A model generated the notes under the pieces. That model made no database searches, had not been told where the DNA came from, and saw only the letters and a list, made by a program, of their open reading frames with translations. 64,000 nt of DNA from the NCBI GenBank assembly GCA_963770495.1, contig CAVYQA010000005.1:70479-134478 (forward strand), written 5' to 3'. Each line of letters begins with the position of its first letter. Position 1 is the stretch's first letter. Shown here piece by piece: positions 27,057-37,369 of this stretch. Made by a program: the position numbers and the translations under genes. This DNA is from Chitinophagales bacterium (GTDB lineage Bacteria; Bacteroidota; Bacteroidia; Chitinophagales; CAVYQA01).

Positions 27057-28505
27057 TTAGTTCTCTAATTTTTCTTTCAGCAGTTTTGTAGTCAGTTTAG
27101 GATCTGCTTTTCCCTTTGACAGTTTCATCACTTCGCCCATAAATAAACCCATAAGCCCTTGTTTGCCGTTTTTATATTCGGTTACTTTTTCAGGATATTT
27201 GGCTATTGCCTGTACGATAAATTCATTTAATGCCCCTGCATCCGATTCTTGCATAACGTTAAGTTCTTTAGCAAGTGTTTCAACCGGTTTGCCGGGTTTT
27301 TTAAGTAACTCGGGAAAAATCACCTGTGAAGCTGATGAAAAGCTTATTTTATTCTCATCAATTAATGCAATAAGTTCAGTTACCGTATTGGGGTTGATTG
27401 GAAAGTCTTTTATATCATTTGCAGAATTATTAAGATAGGTTTTTATAGGACCCATTATCCAGTTTGCAGCAGCTTTGTAATTTTTGGTTTTGTTCACCAA
27501 GCGTAGAAAGTAATTTGCTATGTGTTTATCCTCTGTAAGTTGCCCTGCATCGTAATCGGTTAAAGAGAACTCAGCTATAAAATTTTGCTTCATTTCTTCC
27601 GGTAAAGCAGGCATTTCTTTCTTTATACTTTCAATATAATCATCGGTTAAAACAACAGGTGGCAAATCAGGCTCTGTAAAATAACGGTAATCGTCTGCCA
27701 TTTCTTTTGTGCGCATGGTTGATGTTTTTCCGGTTGCTGCATCAAACGTATGGGTTTCCTGGTAAATTTTTCCCCCTTTTTCCAATGTCTCAATCTGGTG
27801 TTCAACCTCATAATCTAACGCCCGTTTTACGTTGCGTATAGAGTTCATGTTTTTTACTTCTACTTTAACGCCAAGCTTTTTCTCTCCTTTTAACCGGACC
27901 GAAACATTCACATCGCAGCGCAAACTGCCTTCTTCCATATTACCATCGCAGATGTCGAGCCAGCGGACTATTTTCCTTATTTCAGTAAGATACTCATACG
28001 CTTCATCACTGGTGTGCATATCAGGTTCTGATACAATTTCAATTAATCCTGTGCCAGCGCGGTTCAAATCAATCAATGTATAATACGGGTCCTGGTCGTG
28101 CAGACTTTTACCTGAATCTTCCTCCATGTGAATGCGGGTAATTCCTATGCGCTTCTTTACACCATTAGTTGTAATGTTAATAAAGCCATTCGTACAAAGA
28201 GGCGTATTATGCTGCGAAATTTGATACCCTTTTGGCAAATCAGCATAGAAATAATTTTTACGCGCAAATTTATTGTATCGTGTTATACTGCAATTACAGG
28301 CAAGTCCCATTTTCACAGCCAACTCCGCCACCTTTTCATTTAGCATGGGTAAAGTGCCGGGGTGCCCTAACGTTATCACACTTATGTCCGTATTAGGTTC
28401 TGCGCCAAACTCAACGGCATCTGATGAAAATGCTTTACTGTTGGTGAGTAGTTGAGCGTGTACTTCCAAACCTATTACTGCTTCGTATTTATCGTTGTTC
28501 TGCAC
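27057..28505 (-). CDS. gatB: Asp-tRNA(Asn)/Glu-tRNA(Gln) amidotransferase subunit B
   Basis: YEAVIGLEVHAQL, CDVNVSV, EVKNMNS, and a C-terminal YqeY-like tail. Confidence 0.95.
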   Translation of the reverse strand: MQNNDKYEAVIGLEVHAQLLTNSKAFSSDAVEFGAEPNTDISVITLGHPGTLPMLNEKVAELAVKMGLACNCSITRYNKFARKNYFYADLPKGYQISQHNTPLCTNGFINITTNGVKKRIGITRIHMEEDSGKSLHDQDPYYTLIDLNRAGTGLIEIVSEPDMHTSDEAYEYLTEIRKIVRWLDICDGNMEEGSLRCDVNVSVRLKGEKKLGVKVEVKNMNSIRNVKRALDYEVEHQIETLEKGGKIYQETHTFDAATGKTSTMRTKEMADDYRYFTEPDLPPVVLTDDYIESIKKEMPALPEEMKQNFIAEFSLTDYDAGQLTEDKHIANYFLRLVNKTKNYKAAANWIMGPIKTYLNNSANDIKDFPINPNTVTELIALIDENKISFSSASQVIFPELLKKPGKPVETLAKELNVMQESDAGALNEFIVQAIAKYPEKVTEYKNGKQGLMGLFMGEVMKLSKGKADPKLTTKLLKEKLEN

Positions 28506-28540
28506 AATTGTAATTTCACAAAAATAGCGTTTATTTTTCT

Positions 28541-29821
28541 CTATTTATTAGCAGAGTAATCCATCTTAAATTCTTTTAAATCGGGCTTGTATTGATGTTT
28601 GCGTTGTTTTTCGTAGTTGTAAATCATTTTACTGAGGTTAACGAAAAAAGGATATCCCACTGTATCGTACTCGTATATATCGTCATTCAATATCTTATCT
28701 TTATTGGTATAGGTAACTGCCGATAAAAAGAATTCAATGTTGTTTTTAAAATCAACAATATATGCCACATCACTTAAAAAGCCATAGGCACGCCCCACGA
28801 TATTAAATATGCGGATGTTTGAATCAATAACTGCGTTTCTGCGGCGACCATAGAAATAATACTTTTTATAAGCAGGATAGTAGCTAGTATCGTGATATTC
28901 TTTGAAGTAGGATTCTTCTGGGTATTCACTCATATATTGCTGTAAAAATTTATACTGTTCAGGCGTAAGATTAAATCGCTGTGATGCAGGAACGGAATTT
29001 GGAAATAATAATGAGATTAAAACATCCTGCACATTTTCGAGTGGCAAAAAGTTAGAATACTCAAAATCCTTTGGTGGACCGATTTTATCGCTGCTATCAT
29101 TGTAAAATCCGATTCCCATAATCATTTTCTTTGCAAAAGGATAACGATATTGCTGCTGACATAATGTCTGCGACTGCGAATAAATTACCGCTCCGTTATC
29201 ATTATAAAATTTAAATGAAGGGGTTAACTTGTTTTCCGTCGGTGTGCATCCTGCATAGCGCTGGTCAATTCTGGCATTGGAATAGCCAAGCTGCACCATG
29301 CGGTTATAAATATATTCAGGTCCTAAAAAATCATAAGCCCTATTAAAAGCATCGTTGTCACTTACCAGCAACATCTTTTTTATATAAGTGCCAAGACTCG
29401 GATAATTAATAGTTGCGGTATCAAGTTTCACGGCAGGTTCACAGACGTTTAACGAATCAATAGTAAGACGTGTATCCTTATCGAGTCCCTTTATACCTAA
29501 ATTATTTAATCGTTCCATTGCCATAGCACATGTTGGCAGCTTAACCATGCTGGCGCAATAAAAATATTGACGCGGATTTAGGCGATAACTGTATTGTGTG
29601 AAATGCGGGGCATTACGGCTGTCGCGGTCAATTTGCGTATAAATAACCTGTACTTTATATTCTTTTTTATGCTTAAGAATATTGCTGAATGCTTTATCCC
29701 TCTTCATCATTTTCTTTAAAAGGCATTTATGCGACTTCACTAAAACCGACTGTGCCTGTATTAAACTATACAGGCACGTCAATAAAACAAAAAGTATGAC
29801 CGTGAAAGTTTTCACGCACAA
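28541..29821 (-). CDS. Secreted serine hydrolase (class A beta-lactamase-like fold)
   Basis: Signal peptide, a candidate SxxK at ASMVK, and SDN at VSDND. The start codon abuts the upstream stop with a 0-nt gap. Confidence 0.6.
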   Translation of the reverse strand: MCVKTFTVILFVLLTCLYSLIQAQSVLVKSHKCLLKKMMKRDKAFSNILKHKKEYKVQVIYTQIDRDSRNAPHFTQYSYRLNPRQYFYCASMVKLPTCAMAMERLNNLGIKGLDKDTRLTIDSLNVCEPAVKLDTATINYPSLGTYIKKMLLVSDNDAFNRAYDFLGPEYIYNRMVQLGYSNARIDQRYAGCTPTENKLTPSFKFYNDNGAVIYSQSQTLCQQQYRYPFAKKMIMGIGFYNDSSDKIGPPKDFEYSNFLPLENVQDVLISLLFPNSVPASQRFNLTPEQYKFLQQYMSEYPEESYFKEYHDTSYYPAYKKYYFYGRRRNAVIDSNIRIFNIVGRAYGFLSDVAYIVDFKNNIEFFLSAVTYTNKDKILNDDIYEYDTVGYPFFVNLSKMIYNYEKQRKHQYKPDLKEFKMDYSANK

Positions 29822-31018
29822 TTACTTTTTTCTTTGAAACAGCATCAGGTGAGTATCGTTCAGGGTATAGTTATAACCGATGCCAAAATTCAATGGCTTA
29901 ACAGTATATTTTTTACCGGAATAAGCATCTTTTAAATCCTGCTGATAATAATTATTGAACAGCGGAATCGGTCTGTTATAGGTGCCGTAAAATGTTTTAT
30001 TCCATACGGAATCGCTGAAGAATTTTAGCGGAATACCCGAATCGTCCTGTAATAAAGCAGCGCTTTGGTTTACAATGATACTGCGAATAACAGAAAATTT
30101 ATCCTTGAACATAAGATAAGACGCCGATTTAATAAAAGTAGTCGGCGACTGAATGGATTGCAAATAGATTTTAAAATTAGGTCTTCCTCTGTAGGCAAGC
30201 TCAAAGCCGCCGTCTGAAATATCAGCCGAAAAATAAATTACCGTCTGCAGTTTCGATGAATTTTTTGTCCTGAATGTAATCTTACTCCCATAGACATTCA
30301 TAGAATCTTTCGGTTCATTGCCTGCAATATTTAAATTGCCGTTTTTGTCAACGTACACTCTTGTGTAGTCAACTATTCTGCCGCCAAGCTGTGTAATAAA
30401 AACAGAAATAATAGGCAGTGTGCCGTTCAATTCAGGACTATGGAGCTGCACACGCATCTCTAATGTTTTAAAGAAACTGGTGGCAATCATATTCTGTAAA
30501 GCTTGTTTTATCTCCTCAATGTATTTTAAAGTGCTGTCCTTTCTTAAATAATCAAAATCAGGGTAAGTACCCACCGGTTCAAGCCCTATCAATATATATT
30601 GCTGTGCATTGGGGAAGAACTGGTATACATTAAGAATATCAGGACCACTGAATGGGTAAAACAAAGTTTGGATTTTATTGGTGGATGAACCCAATTCCGA
30701 TTTTCCAAAGTCCTGCATTTTATAAAGGCGCTGCGAATAAAGCTTATTCCAATTCGTGTCCGCTTCTGCAGCATATTTCTGCCAGCGTTTATTGTTCTCT
30801 AAAGCAGAGAACTGGTTGTTTTCCAATTGAGGCAGTCCCGAAAGATAACGGGCAGTTTCATTATTAATATTGTCTTTAAAAGCAGTGTCAATTTTTACTG
30901 TTTGCGTATTTGTTGAATCGGCAGCATTACTTCCTATTTTACCCGAATTACACGCTACTATTACTGCAAGCGCTGATAAAAAAATTGCTGCTAAAAAATG
31001 CGTAGTTTGCTTAATCAT
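29822..31018 (-). CDS. Lipoprotein of unknown function
   Basis: 398 aa with the signal AVIVAC. I recognise no catalytic motif. Confidence 0.5.
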   Translation of the reverse strand: MIKQTTHFLAAIFLSALAVIVACNSGKIGSNAADSTNTQTVKIDTAFKDNINNETARYLSGLPQLENNQFSALENNKRWQKYAAEADTNWNKLYSQRLYKMQDFGKSELGSSTNKIQTLFYPFSGPDILNVYQFFPNAQQYILIGLEPVGTYPDFDYLRKDSTLKYIEEIKQALQNMIATSFFKTLEMRVQLHSPELNGTLPIISVFITQLGGRIVDYTRVYVDKNGNLNIAGNEPKDSMNVYGSKITFRTKNSSKLQTVIYFSADISDGGFELAYRGRPNFKIYLQSIQSPTTFIKSASYLMFKDKFSVIRSIIVNQSAALLQDDSGIPLKFFSDSVWNKTFYGTYNRPIPLFNNYYQQDLKDAYSGKKYTVKPLNFGIGYNYTLNDTHLMLFQRKK

Positions 31019-31030
31019 ATTATTTGTTTT

Positions 31031-32356
31031 TTATGTTGTTTTAAGTTGTTTTTTATGCCCGATAAAATAAAATGGAATGCCCACAATTAATGTTGCAAGT
31101 CCATACAAAGCTTGTAATCTTGTATTAGCGTCCCTAAGAAGAAAAACTAACATCCAAAGATTAAATGATAAAAAAAGTATTGGTGTAATGGGATATCCCC
31201 AACAATGGTATTCTTTTTCTGGGTTAAGTTTTCTTTTCCGCACAATAAAAATTCCAAATACAGTAAGGCATGTCGATAAAGATAATGTAAAACCTATGTA
31301 AGTTATAATGCTTTTAAACGAGCCAGTAAAAATAAGTAAGAGTGAAATTGCAGCCTGTAATATAATAGCTACGTAAGGCGCACCACCTGCATTGATAGTA
31401 GTTATTTTTTTAAATAGAGGAAAGTCTTCACCTATTGTTTTTGTAACGCGTGGTCCAGCCATGGTCATTGCACTAACTGATGAAACCAGCGCTAAGGAAA
31501 TAAAAGCCGCCATAAGTTTTGCACCGTCAAGAGATCTAAAAATGTGCTTTGACGCAACAAAGCCGACATCCAAAACGCCCCTCATTTCACTCATGGGAGC
31601 AACATATAGAAATAGAAAATTTATAAATATGTATAATACAGTAACAATTGCTGTTCCAATGAATAGTGAGCGAGGTAAGTTCCGCATAGGTTTTTTTATT
31701 TCTCCAGCTATATATGACGAGGCGTTCCAACCTGAATAAGTATATGATACCCACACAAGAGATACTGCAAATGCTCCGCTAAATATAGCTCCCCATCCTG
31801 TTGCATCAGGCATAAACGAAATAGGTTGTGGATGAGATAATATTAACCCGCAACCAATAAAAACAACAATTAGAAGTATTTTAAGAAGAGTAAAAAATGT
31901 TTGTAAATTAGAACCGTAGTTTACACTTAGTCCATGTACAATTGCCATAAAAAGTACAATGCAACAAGCAGCCTCTTTTTGAGATAACCCATTAAATATA
32001 TCTCCTGAATACGTTCCGAAAGCCATAGCCGCAGCCGCCACCGGTGCAGCAAAGCCAACAGTAACAGATAACCAGCCTGAAAGAAACCCTACAAGAGGAT
32101 GATAGGTTCTTGATAAAAAATTATATTCTCCGCCGGAACGCGGAAATGTAACTGCCAATTCTCCATACACTAATGCCCCACACAAAGCCACAACACCGCC
32201 AACCAGCCAAAGCATGATTATAGCAAACGGCGAGGTGATGCCAAGTAGTTGGAAACCGAGAGAGGTAAACACTCCCGTGCCTATCATATTAGCGATAACT
32301 ATGGCTGTAGCAGCCAATAAACCAATACGCCGGATAGAATCAGAGGTGGTACTCAA
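31031..32356 (-). CDS. APC-family amino acid permease
   Basis: 441 aa with about 12 TM segments. GTGVFTS and FPRSGGEYNF are typical of APC transporters. Confidence 0.85.
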   Translation of the reverse strand: MSTTSDSIRRIGLLAATAIVIANMIGTGVFTSLGFQLLGITSPFAIIMLWLVGGVVALCGALVYGELAVTFPRSGGEYNFLSRTYHPLVGFLSGWLSVTVGFAAPVAAAAMAFGTYSGDIFNGLSQKEAACCIVLFMAIVHGLSVNYGSNLQTFFTLLKILLIVVFIGCGLILSHPQPISFMPDATGWGAIFSGAFAVSLVWVSYTYSGWNASSYIAGEIKKPMRNLPRSLFIGTAIVTVLYIFINFLFLYVAPMSEMRGVLDVGFVASKHIFRSLDGAKLMAAFISLALVSSVSAMTMAGPRVTKTIGEDFPLFKKITTINAGGAPYVAIILQAAISLLLIFTGSFKSIITYIGFTLSLSTCLTVFGIFIVRKRKLNPEKEYHCWGYPITPILFLSFNLWMLVFLLRDANTRLQALYGLATLIVGIPFYFIGHKKQLKTT

Positions 32357-32456
32357 AAAATAATGTGATTAAAAAAGTGGTGCAAAAGTAGTAAAACGGG
32401 AAGATTATAAGGACTAAAATATGCCTGTTAATATCTTTAAAATCAATGCTGAATTA

Positions 32457-33524
32457 CTATTCTACCACCAACTTACACACACCTGCAGTTGAACCATTAA
32501 CCTCAACAGTAACTAAATACATTCCATTAGCTATATCACCGGTTTCAATTTGGTAATTGTGCAACCCTGCATCAACTTGTGCCGAAATTACAGTCTTTAC
32601 TTTCTGACCTAAAATGTTGGTTATATAAACTGTAATATTTAATGCTTGTTTTAAGTTTAAAGAGAGCTGTGTTTGTGTGTGGGAAGGGTTCGGAAAAACA
32701 GATAAATTATTTAGCAACGGGTTTATATTATTTACTGCTGTTGGCGCATTAGGGTAATAGTTAACATCTATAAATGAGAATGTATCAACAGAAGGGGAAA
32801 AATCATAAAGAAAGAAAATATTCAGCAACGCATGGTTAGGGTAGGTTGGCGAATAATAAGATACTTGTTGTTCGTAGAGGTACGAGGTATCGCCATCAGA
32901 GGGGTCAATATCTTCAACTGAATAGTCAACACGCAGCACATTATTAAATATGTAACCATTGGGCAATTCAAGAGTGCCGTATCCATTGGCATTAAATGTA
33001 TCCGTCCCATAAAAAGAGCTTGTAACAGGTTTATTGTGCGACACAGTATAAGTGTTATAATAATAACTATTTGTGAATCGTGTTCCGTAAGTAAATGGAT
33101 ATTCAAAGTACACTTCCGGCTCCTCGGCAATAGTTGTATCAAGTACGTTGCTGATAAAGCCGAAAGAATCCACCCCACCATCATCTTCATATAGCTGTGA
33201 AGTAACTGTAAAATACTCATAATCATTATTGCCTGAACTCACCAAATTGGCTTCAGGAAACAGGGTGTCATATTTTGTGCCCGAGGCTGCGGTAACAGAG
33301 GAAAAAGACGTATCAACCTTTCCCGAATCTTTTAAAGAAGTATAATCCCATGTTTGATTTGCGCCGGTATCGCCAAAAGAAACGCCTTCACTGTAAGCTA
33401 CCTGGGTTATTATTGTATCACCAGGTGGGTGTGGGTAAAAATTTGATGTGAAGACGGGCGCTTGTGCCAGCAGGATATTTGTTAAAAACAAAAATCCTGA
33501 AATAAGAGGTAAACATTTTTTCAT
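32457..33524 (-). CDS. Secreted protein with a T9SS C-terminal sorting domain
   Basis: Signal peptide. The C-terminus LSVFPNPSHTQTQLSLNL...ITNILGQKV...GMYLVTVEVNG fits the Por secretion tail. Confidence 0.75.
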   Translation of the reverse strand: MKKCLPLISGFLFLTNILLAQAPVFTSNFYPHPPGDTIITQVAYSEGVSFGDTGANQTWDYTSLKDSGKVDTSFSSVTAASGTKYDTLFPEANLVSSGNNDYEYFTVTSQLYEDDGGVDSFGFISNVLDTTIAEEPEVYFEYPFTYGTRFTNSYYYNTYTVSHNKPVTSSFYGTDTFNANGYGTLELPNGYIFNNVLRVDYSVEDIDPSDGDTSYLYEQQVSYYSPTYPNHALLNIFFLYDFSPSVDTFSFIDVNYYPNAPTAVNNINPLLNNLSVFPNPSHTQTQLSLNLKQALNITVYITNILGQKVKTVISAQVDAGLHNYQIETGDIANGMYLVTVEVNGSTAGVCKLVVE

Positions 33525-33565
33525 GGGTTTATTTTTATAAATGTATAAAACTGTCCTGTAATCTA

Positions 33566-34591
33566 TTATTCCACTTCCAGTTTTTGCACTCCTGCGATGG
33601 CGCCGTTAACTTCCACAGTAATCAGGTAAAGTCCTTTTGCCATATCAGCGGTTTCTATGGTGAAGTTATTTTGTCCTGCATCAACCTGTTCTGTGGCAAT
33701 GGTTTTTATCCTCTGTCCTATAATATTTGTAACATACACATTTATATTCGCTCCTTCTTTCAGGTTTAAAGAGAGAGTAGATTGCGAGTAAGAGGGGTTT
33801 GGGAATACATTTAAATTTTGTACTAATGGGGTTATATCGTTTACATCGGCAGGAGCATTCGGATAATAAGAAACTGAAGTAGATATATAAGTTCCATATT
33901 CATACAATTCTGATATTTCTACTAAAAACTCCCCTGGTAAGCTTGCACTGAGATAACTGATTGAATAGGTTCTTTCAGTAATTGTATCGTCGCCCGGAGT
34001 AAATACATCAGTATAATCCTCGCTTAATTCTACGCGCAATACATTTTTGAAAGTATGTCCATTAGGTAATTCAAGAGTGCCATACCCCGCACCAACAATT
34101 GAATCCTTTCCTGTTCTGTCATCTGTTTCTCCATCATACGTATAAGTACCCACAAAATTAGCAGTATAAACAGAGCTGTTAGAAAGAGGATACTCTAAGA
34201 GATCCTCGGGTACTGAGTAATAAAAATTGTATAACGACGTAACAAGACCATCTAATTGAAACACATTGGAATTTGAAATGTAAAAAGCATAGGCTCCTCC
34301 TCCTACTGCTCCGGCAGCCACATTTGAATTTGGGAAAGTACTCTGGTAACCTGTTGATGATGGCGTCTCATAGGTTGATGATTCCAATGAACCAGAATCG
34401 GTTAAGTTGGTATAGTCCCAGGTTTTGTTAGCACCGGAAGTTCCATAAGAAACTCCTGCAGAACCTGCAGGTTGTTCAATGCTCGTCAAACCCACATAAG
34501 GGCTAAAACTTGATGTAATAGTTGGTCCCTGGGCAAGCAAGCTGCTTGTTACAAGCATTAAGCCTGAAATAAAAAGTAGTTTTCTTTTCAT
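33566..34591 (-). CDS. Secreted protein with a T9SS C-terminal sorting domain (paralog of 32457-33524)
   Basis: Same architecture. The C-terminus is LNVFPNPSYSQSTLSLNL...VTNIIGQRI...GLYLITVEVNG. GANKTWDYT and GYGTLELPNG are shared with the neighbour. Confidence 0.75.
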   Translation of the reverse strand: MKRKLLFISGLMLVTSSLLAQGPTITSSFSPYVGLTSIEQPAGSAGVSYGTSGANKTWDYTNLTDSGSLESSTYETPSSTGYQSTFPNSNVAAGAVGGGAYAFYISNSNVFQLDGLVTSLYNFYYSVPEDLLEYPLSNSSVYTANFVGTYTYDGETDDRTGKDSIVGAGYGTLELPNGHTFKNVLRVELSEDYTDVFTPGDDTITERTYSISYLSASLPGEFLVEISELYEYGTYISTSVSYYPNAPADVNDITPLVQNLNVFPNPSYSQSTLSLNLKEGANINVYVTNIIGQRIKTIATEQVDAGQNNFTIETADMAKGLYLITVEVNGAIAGVQKLEVE

Positions 34592-34731
34592 AGTTGATTT
34601 TTTTCAAAAGTATAAAATAAAATTAACACAAAATGAAATTTTTCATTATTGAATTATTACTTATCAATTCTTGTAACTTTCAACAGGCATTTTCAACTAA
34701 TAAGTCTAATTTTACGGTTAAATACTTTATT

Positions 34732-35271
34732 ATGGACGAAAGCAAAAAAGCATCGGAAACGGTTGCGGTAATGACAGAGATAGTGCTGCCTAACGATACC
34801 AATATATACAATAATCTTCGCGGAGGCAGAATATTGCATTGGATGGATATGGCAACTGCAATAAGCGCTCAAAAGCATTCAGGCGCTCAGGTGGTAACGG
34901 CATCGGTTGACAGTGTGTCATTTAAAAATCCTATTCGTATCGGTACAGTGGTAACCATTCATTCAAAAGTGACAAGAGCATTTCACACATCCATGGAAGT
35001 ATATTTAGAAGTGTGGGCTGAAAATATTCCTGAACGGAAAAAGTATAAAAGCAATGAAGCCTATTACACCTTTGTTGCCATTGATGATTTCGGACGACCT
35101 ACACCCGTGCCAAAATTAATTCCTGAGTCCGAAGAGGAAAAAAGGCAATTTGACGGCGCTAAAAGACGCAGGGAATTACGGCTTATTTTATCGGGTAAAA
35201 TGAAAGCGGAAGATTCCGTTGATTTGAAAGCATTGTTTGTTAAGGATATTAATGACCTGATTAAAAAATGA
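34732..35271 (+). CDS. Acyl-CoA thioesterase (hotdog fold)
   Basis: LPNDTNIYNNLRGGRILHWMDMA...VVTASVDSVSFKNPIRIG. The start is set at ATG 34732. Confidence 0.8.
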   Translation: MDESKKASETVAVMTEIVLPNDTNIYNNLRGGRILHWMDMATAISAQKHSGAQVVTASVDSVSFKNPIRIGTVVTIHSKVTRAFHTSMEVYLEVWAENIPERKKYKSNEAYYTFVAIDDFGRPTPVPKLIPESEEEKRQFDGAKRRRELRLILSGKMKAEDSVDLKALFVKDINDLIKK

Positions 35272-35834
35272 AAGAAAAGGTTGTTGTTGCAATTACAGGA
35301 GCCAGCGGCAGCATTTATGCAAAAGTGCTGATGGATAAATTGCAACAGTTATTACCGCAAATTGAAAGGGTGGGAGTGGTAATAAGCGAGAATGCCAAAC
35401 TGGTTTGGGAACATGAGTTGGGAAACACCAACTATAAAAATTACCCCTTCGATTTTTATTTGAAGAACGATTTTACTGCGCCATTTGCCAGCGGCTCGGC
35501 TAATTATAATGTGATGTTTGTTTGTCCTTGCTCTATGGGAACATTGGGGCGGATTGCCGCCGGCACATCGGATGATTTAATAACCCGTGCCGCCGATGTT
35601 GTTTTAAAAGAGCGCCGCAAATTGATTTGTGTAGTTCGTGACACACCCTATAGTCTCATTCACATTCGCAACATGGCAACGGTAACCGAAGCCGGAGGTA
35701 TTATTTGCCCTGCCACACCCTCGTTCTACAGCAAGCCCAAAACATTTGAAGACATCGCCGCCACCGTTGTTGACAGGGCATTACACCTTGCAGGATTTAT
35801 AATTGATTCATATAGCTGGGGGAAAATAATTTGA
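35268..35834 (+). CDS. ubiX: UbiX-family flavin prenyltransferase
   Basis: VVAITGASGSIYA, VCPCSMGTLGRIAAG, and RRKLICVVRDTP. Confidence 0.9.
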   Translation: MKEKVVVAITGASGSIYAKVLMDKLQQLLPQIERVGVVISENAKLVWEHELGNTNYKNYPFDFYLKNDFTAPFASGSANYNVMFVCPCSMGTLGRIAAGTSDDLITRAADVVLKERRKLICVVRDTPYSLIHIRNMATVTEAGGIICPATPSFYSKPKTFEDIAATVVDRALHLAGFIIDSYSWGKII

Positions 35835-35835
35835 A

Positions 35836-35935
35836 AGTGAGCCAATTTGAAAATATCCGTTATCAAACTTCGAAATTTGATATTCTATATTCATTATTCG
35901 AAATTCAAAAATGTCTCCTTTAGGGGATTAGGGGT
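35836..35935. repeat. Composite intergenic repeat (family A block plus a partial family B block)
   Basis: CATTATTCGAAATTCAAAAA (35892-35911) matches 39049-39068. GTCTCCTTTAGGGGATTAGGGGT (35913-35935) resembles the family B TTAGGG tail and ends at the GT2 start codon. Confidence 0.5.
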
Positions 35936-36805
35936 ATGAAAATCACCGGCTTCACCATCATTCGCAATGCAATTAAATTCGATTACCCGGTTGTAGAATC
36001 CATCCAATCTATCCTCCCTGTTTGTGATGAGTTTGTGGTGTCGGTAGGCAATTCTGTTGATGAGACCTTGCAACTGATAAAAAACATTAATTCTCCCAAA
36101 ATAAAAATCATTGAATCGAAGTGGGATGATAACCTGAGAGAGGGCGGGCAGGTTCTCGCAATAGAAACCAATAAATGCATGGATGCCATTGCACCAAACA
36201 GTGATTGGTTATTTTATTTACAGGCTGATGAAGTAGTGCATGAAAAATATTTACCTGTTATAAAAAAATCTGCCGAACAATTTTTAAATGATAAACAGGT
36301 AGAGGGTTTGCTTTTTAACTACACCCACTTTTATGGTAATTACAATTATGTTGCCGATTCAAGAAGCTGGTATCGCCGCGAAGTTCGAATAATCCGTAAC
36401 GACAGGCAAATACGCTCCTATAAAGATGCACAGGGCTTTCGTAAGAATGGCAGAAAGTTAACTGTTAAACTGACAGATGCTTTTGTATATCATTATGGCT
36501 GGGTAAAACACCCTAAGAATATGAAGGTGAAACAACAGGAATTTAATAAGCTGTGGCACGATGATGATTGGATGGAAAAGAATATTAAACCTGCAGACGA
36601 ATTTGATTATTCAATTGTTGATTCCATAAAAGAATTTAAAGAGACTCACCCGGCAATAATGCAGCAACGTATAGCCAGCCGTAACTGGGATATTACCTTA
36701 GATACTTCAAAGCTTAAAATGTCATTAAAAGACCGCTTTCTTTGTTATTTAGAAAAACAAACAGGTTTAAGAATAGGGGAGTATAAAAATTATAAAATGA
36801 TTTAA
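35936..36805 (+). CDS. Glycosyltransferase family 2-like protein
   Basis: The N-terminus ITGFTIIRNAIKFDYPVVESIQSILPVCDEFVVSVGNSVDET is typical of a Bacteroidota GT2 subgroup. Confidence 0.65.
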   Translation: MKITGFTIIRNAIKFDYPVVESIQSILPVCDEFVVSVGNSVDETLQLIKNINSPKIKIIESKWDDNLREGGQVLAIETNKCMDAIAPNSDWLFYLQADEVVHEKYLPVIKKSAEQFLNDKQVEGLLFNYTHFYGNYNYVADSRSWYRREVRIIRNDRQIRSYKDAQGFRKNGRKLTVKLTDAFVYHYGWVKHPKNMKVKQQEFNKLWHDDDWMEKNIKPADEFDYSIVDSIKEFKETHPAIMQQRIASRNWDITLDTSKLKMSLKDRFLCYLEKQTGLRIGEYKNYKMI

Positions 36806-36823
36806 TTTAATTAACTTAGATTA

Positions 36824-37357
36824 ATGAAAATTATAATGACACTTTGTTTGTTGTGTTTAATTGTTGCTGTTAATGCACAAACAATAGAACTTAATTATCA
36901 GCCCAAAGGATTTATTGTAGTATTTCAATTTAACAATTTAACAATATATACAGATACTTCAACGGTTTTTAATGTTGTTAGTCGTGATTGGAGCAAAGAC
37001 ACAGATGAATACGATAGAAGAATAAGGAATTTAATTTTAAAGCAGATTAAAAATGTACGAAATGACACAATAAGTTTTTCAGGACACATTATTCCATTTA
37101 ATGACAGTATTCATAATAAAATTTTAGATGATTGGTATATCCTTAGTGTAATCATTCAACTAATAGACGAAAATAAATTGGAAATATTTGACCAAACAAA
37201 ACGACAAGTAAAATCAATTTACGTAAAAAGAAAGAAAATAGTAAGAAAAAATGAAAAAATACTTTGGACTGACAGATTCATTTACATTAACAAAGAGACA
37301 AGGAAAGAATTATTTGAACAATATATACCTAATTTGATTTGTCCAAGGTTTTATTAA
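36824..37357 (+). CDS. Secreted hypothetical protein (AT-rich ORFan)
   Basis: 177 aa with the signal peptide LIVAVNAQ. It is Lys/Asn/Ile-rich and I recognise no motif. Confidence 0.45.
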   Translation: MKIIMTLCLLCLIVAVNAQTIELNYQPKGFIVVFQFNNLTIYTDTSTVFNVVSRDWSKDTDEYDRRIRNLILKQIKNVRNDTISFSGHIIPFNDSIHNKILDDWYILSVIIQLIDENKLEIFDQTKRQVKSIYVKRKKIVRKNEKILWTDRFIYINKETRKELFEQYIPNLICPRFY

Positions 37358-37369
37358 ACTATTACTATC

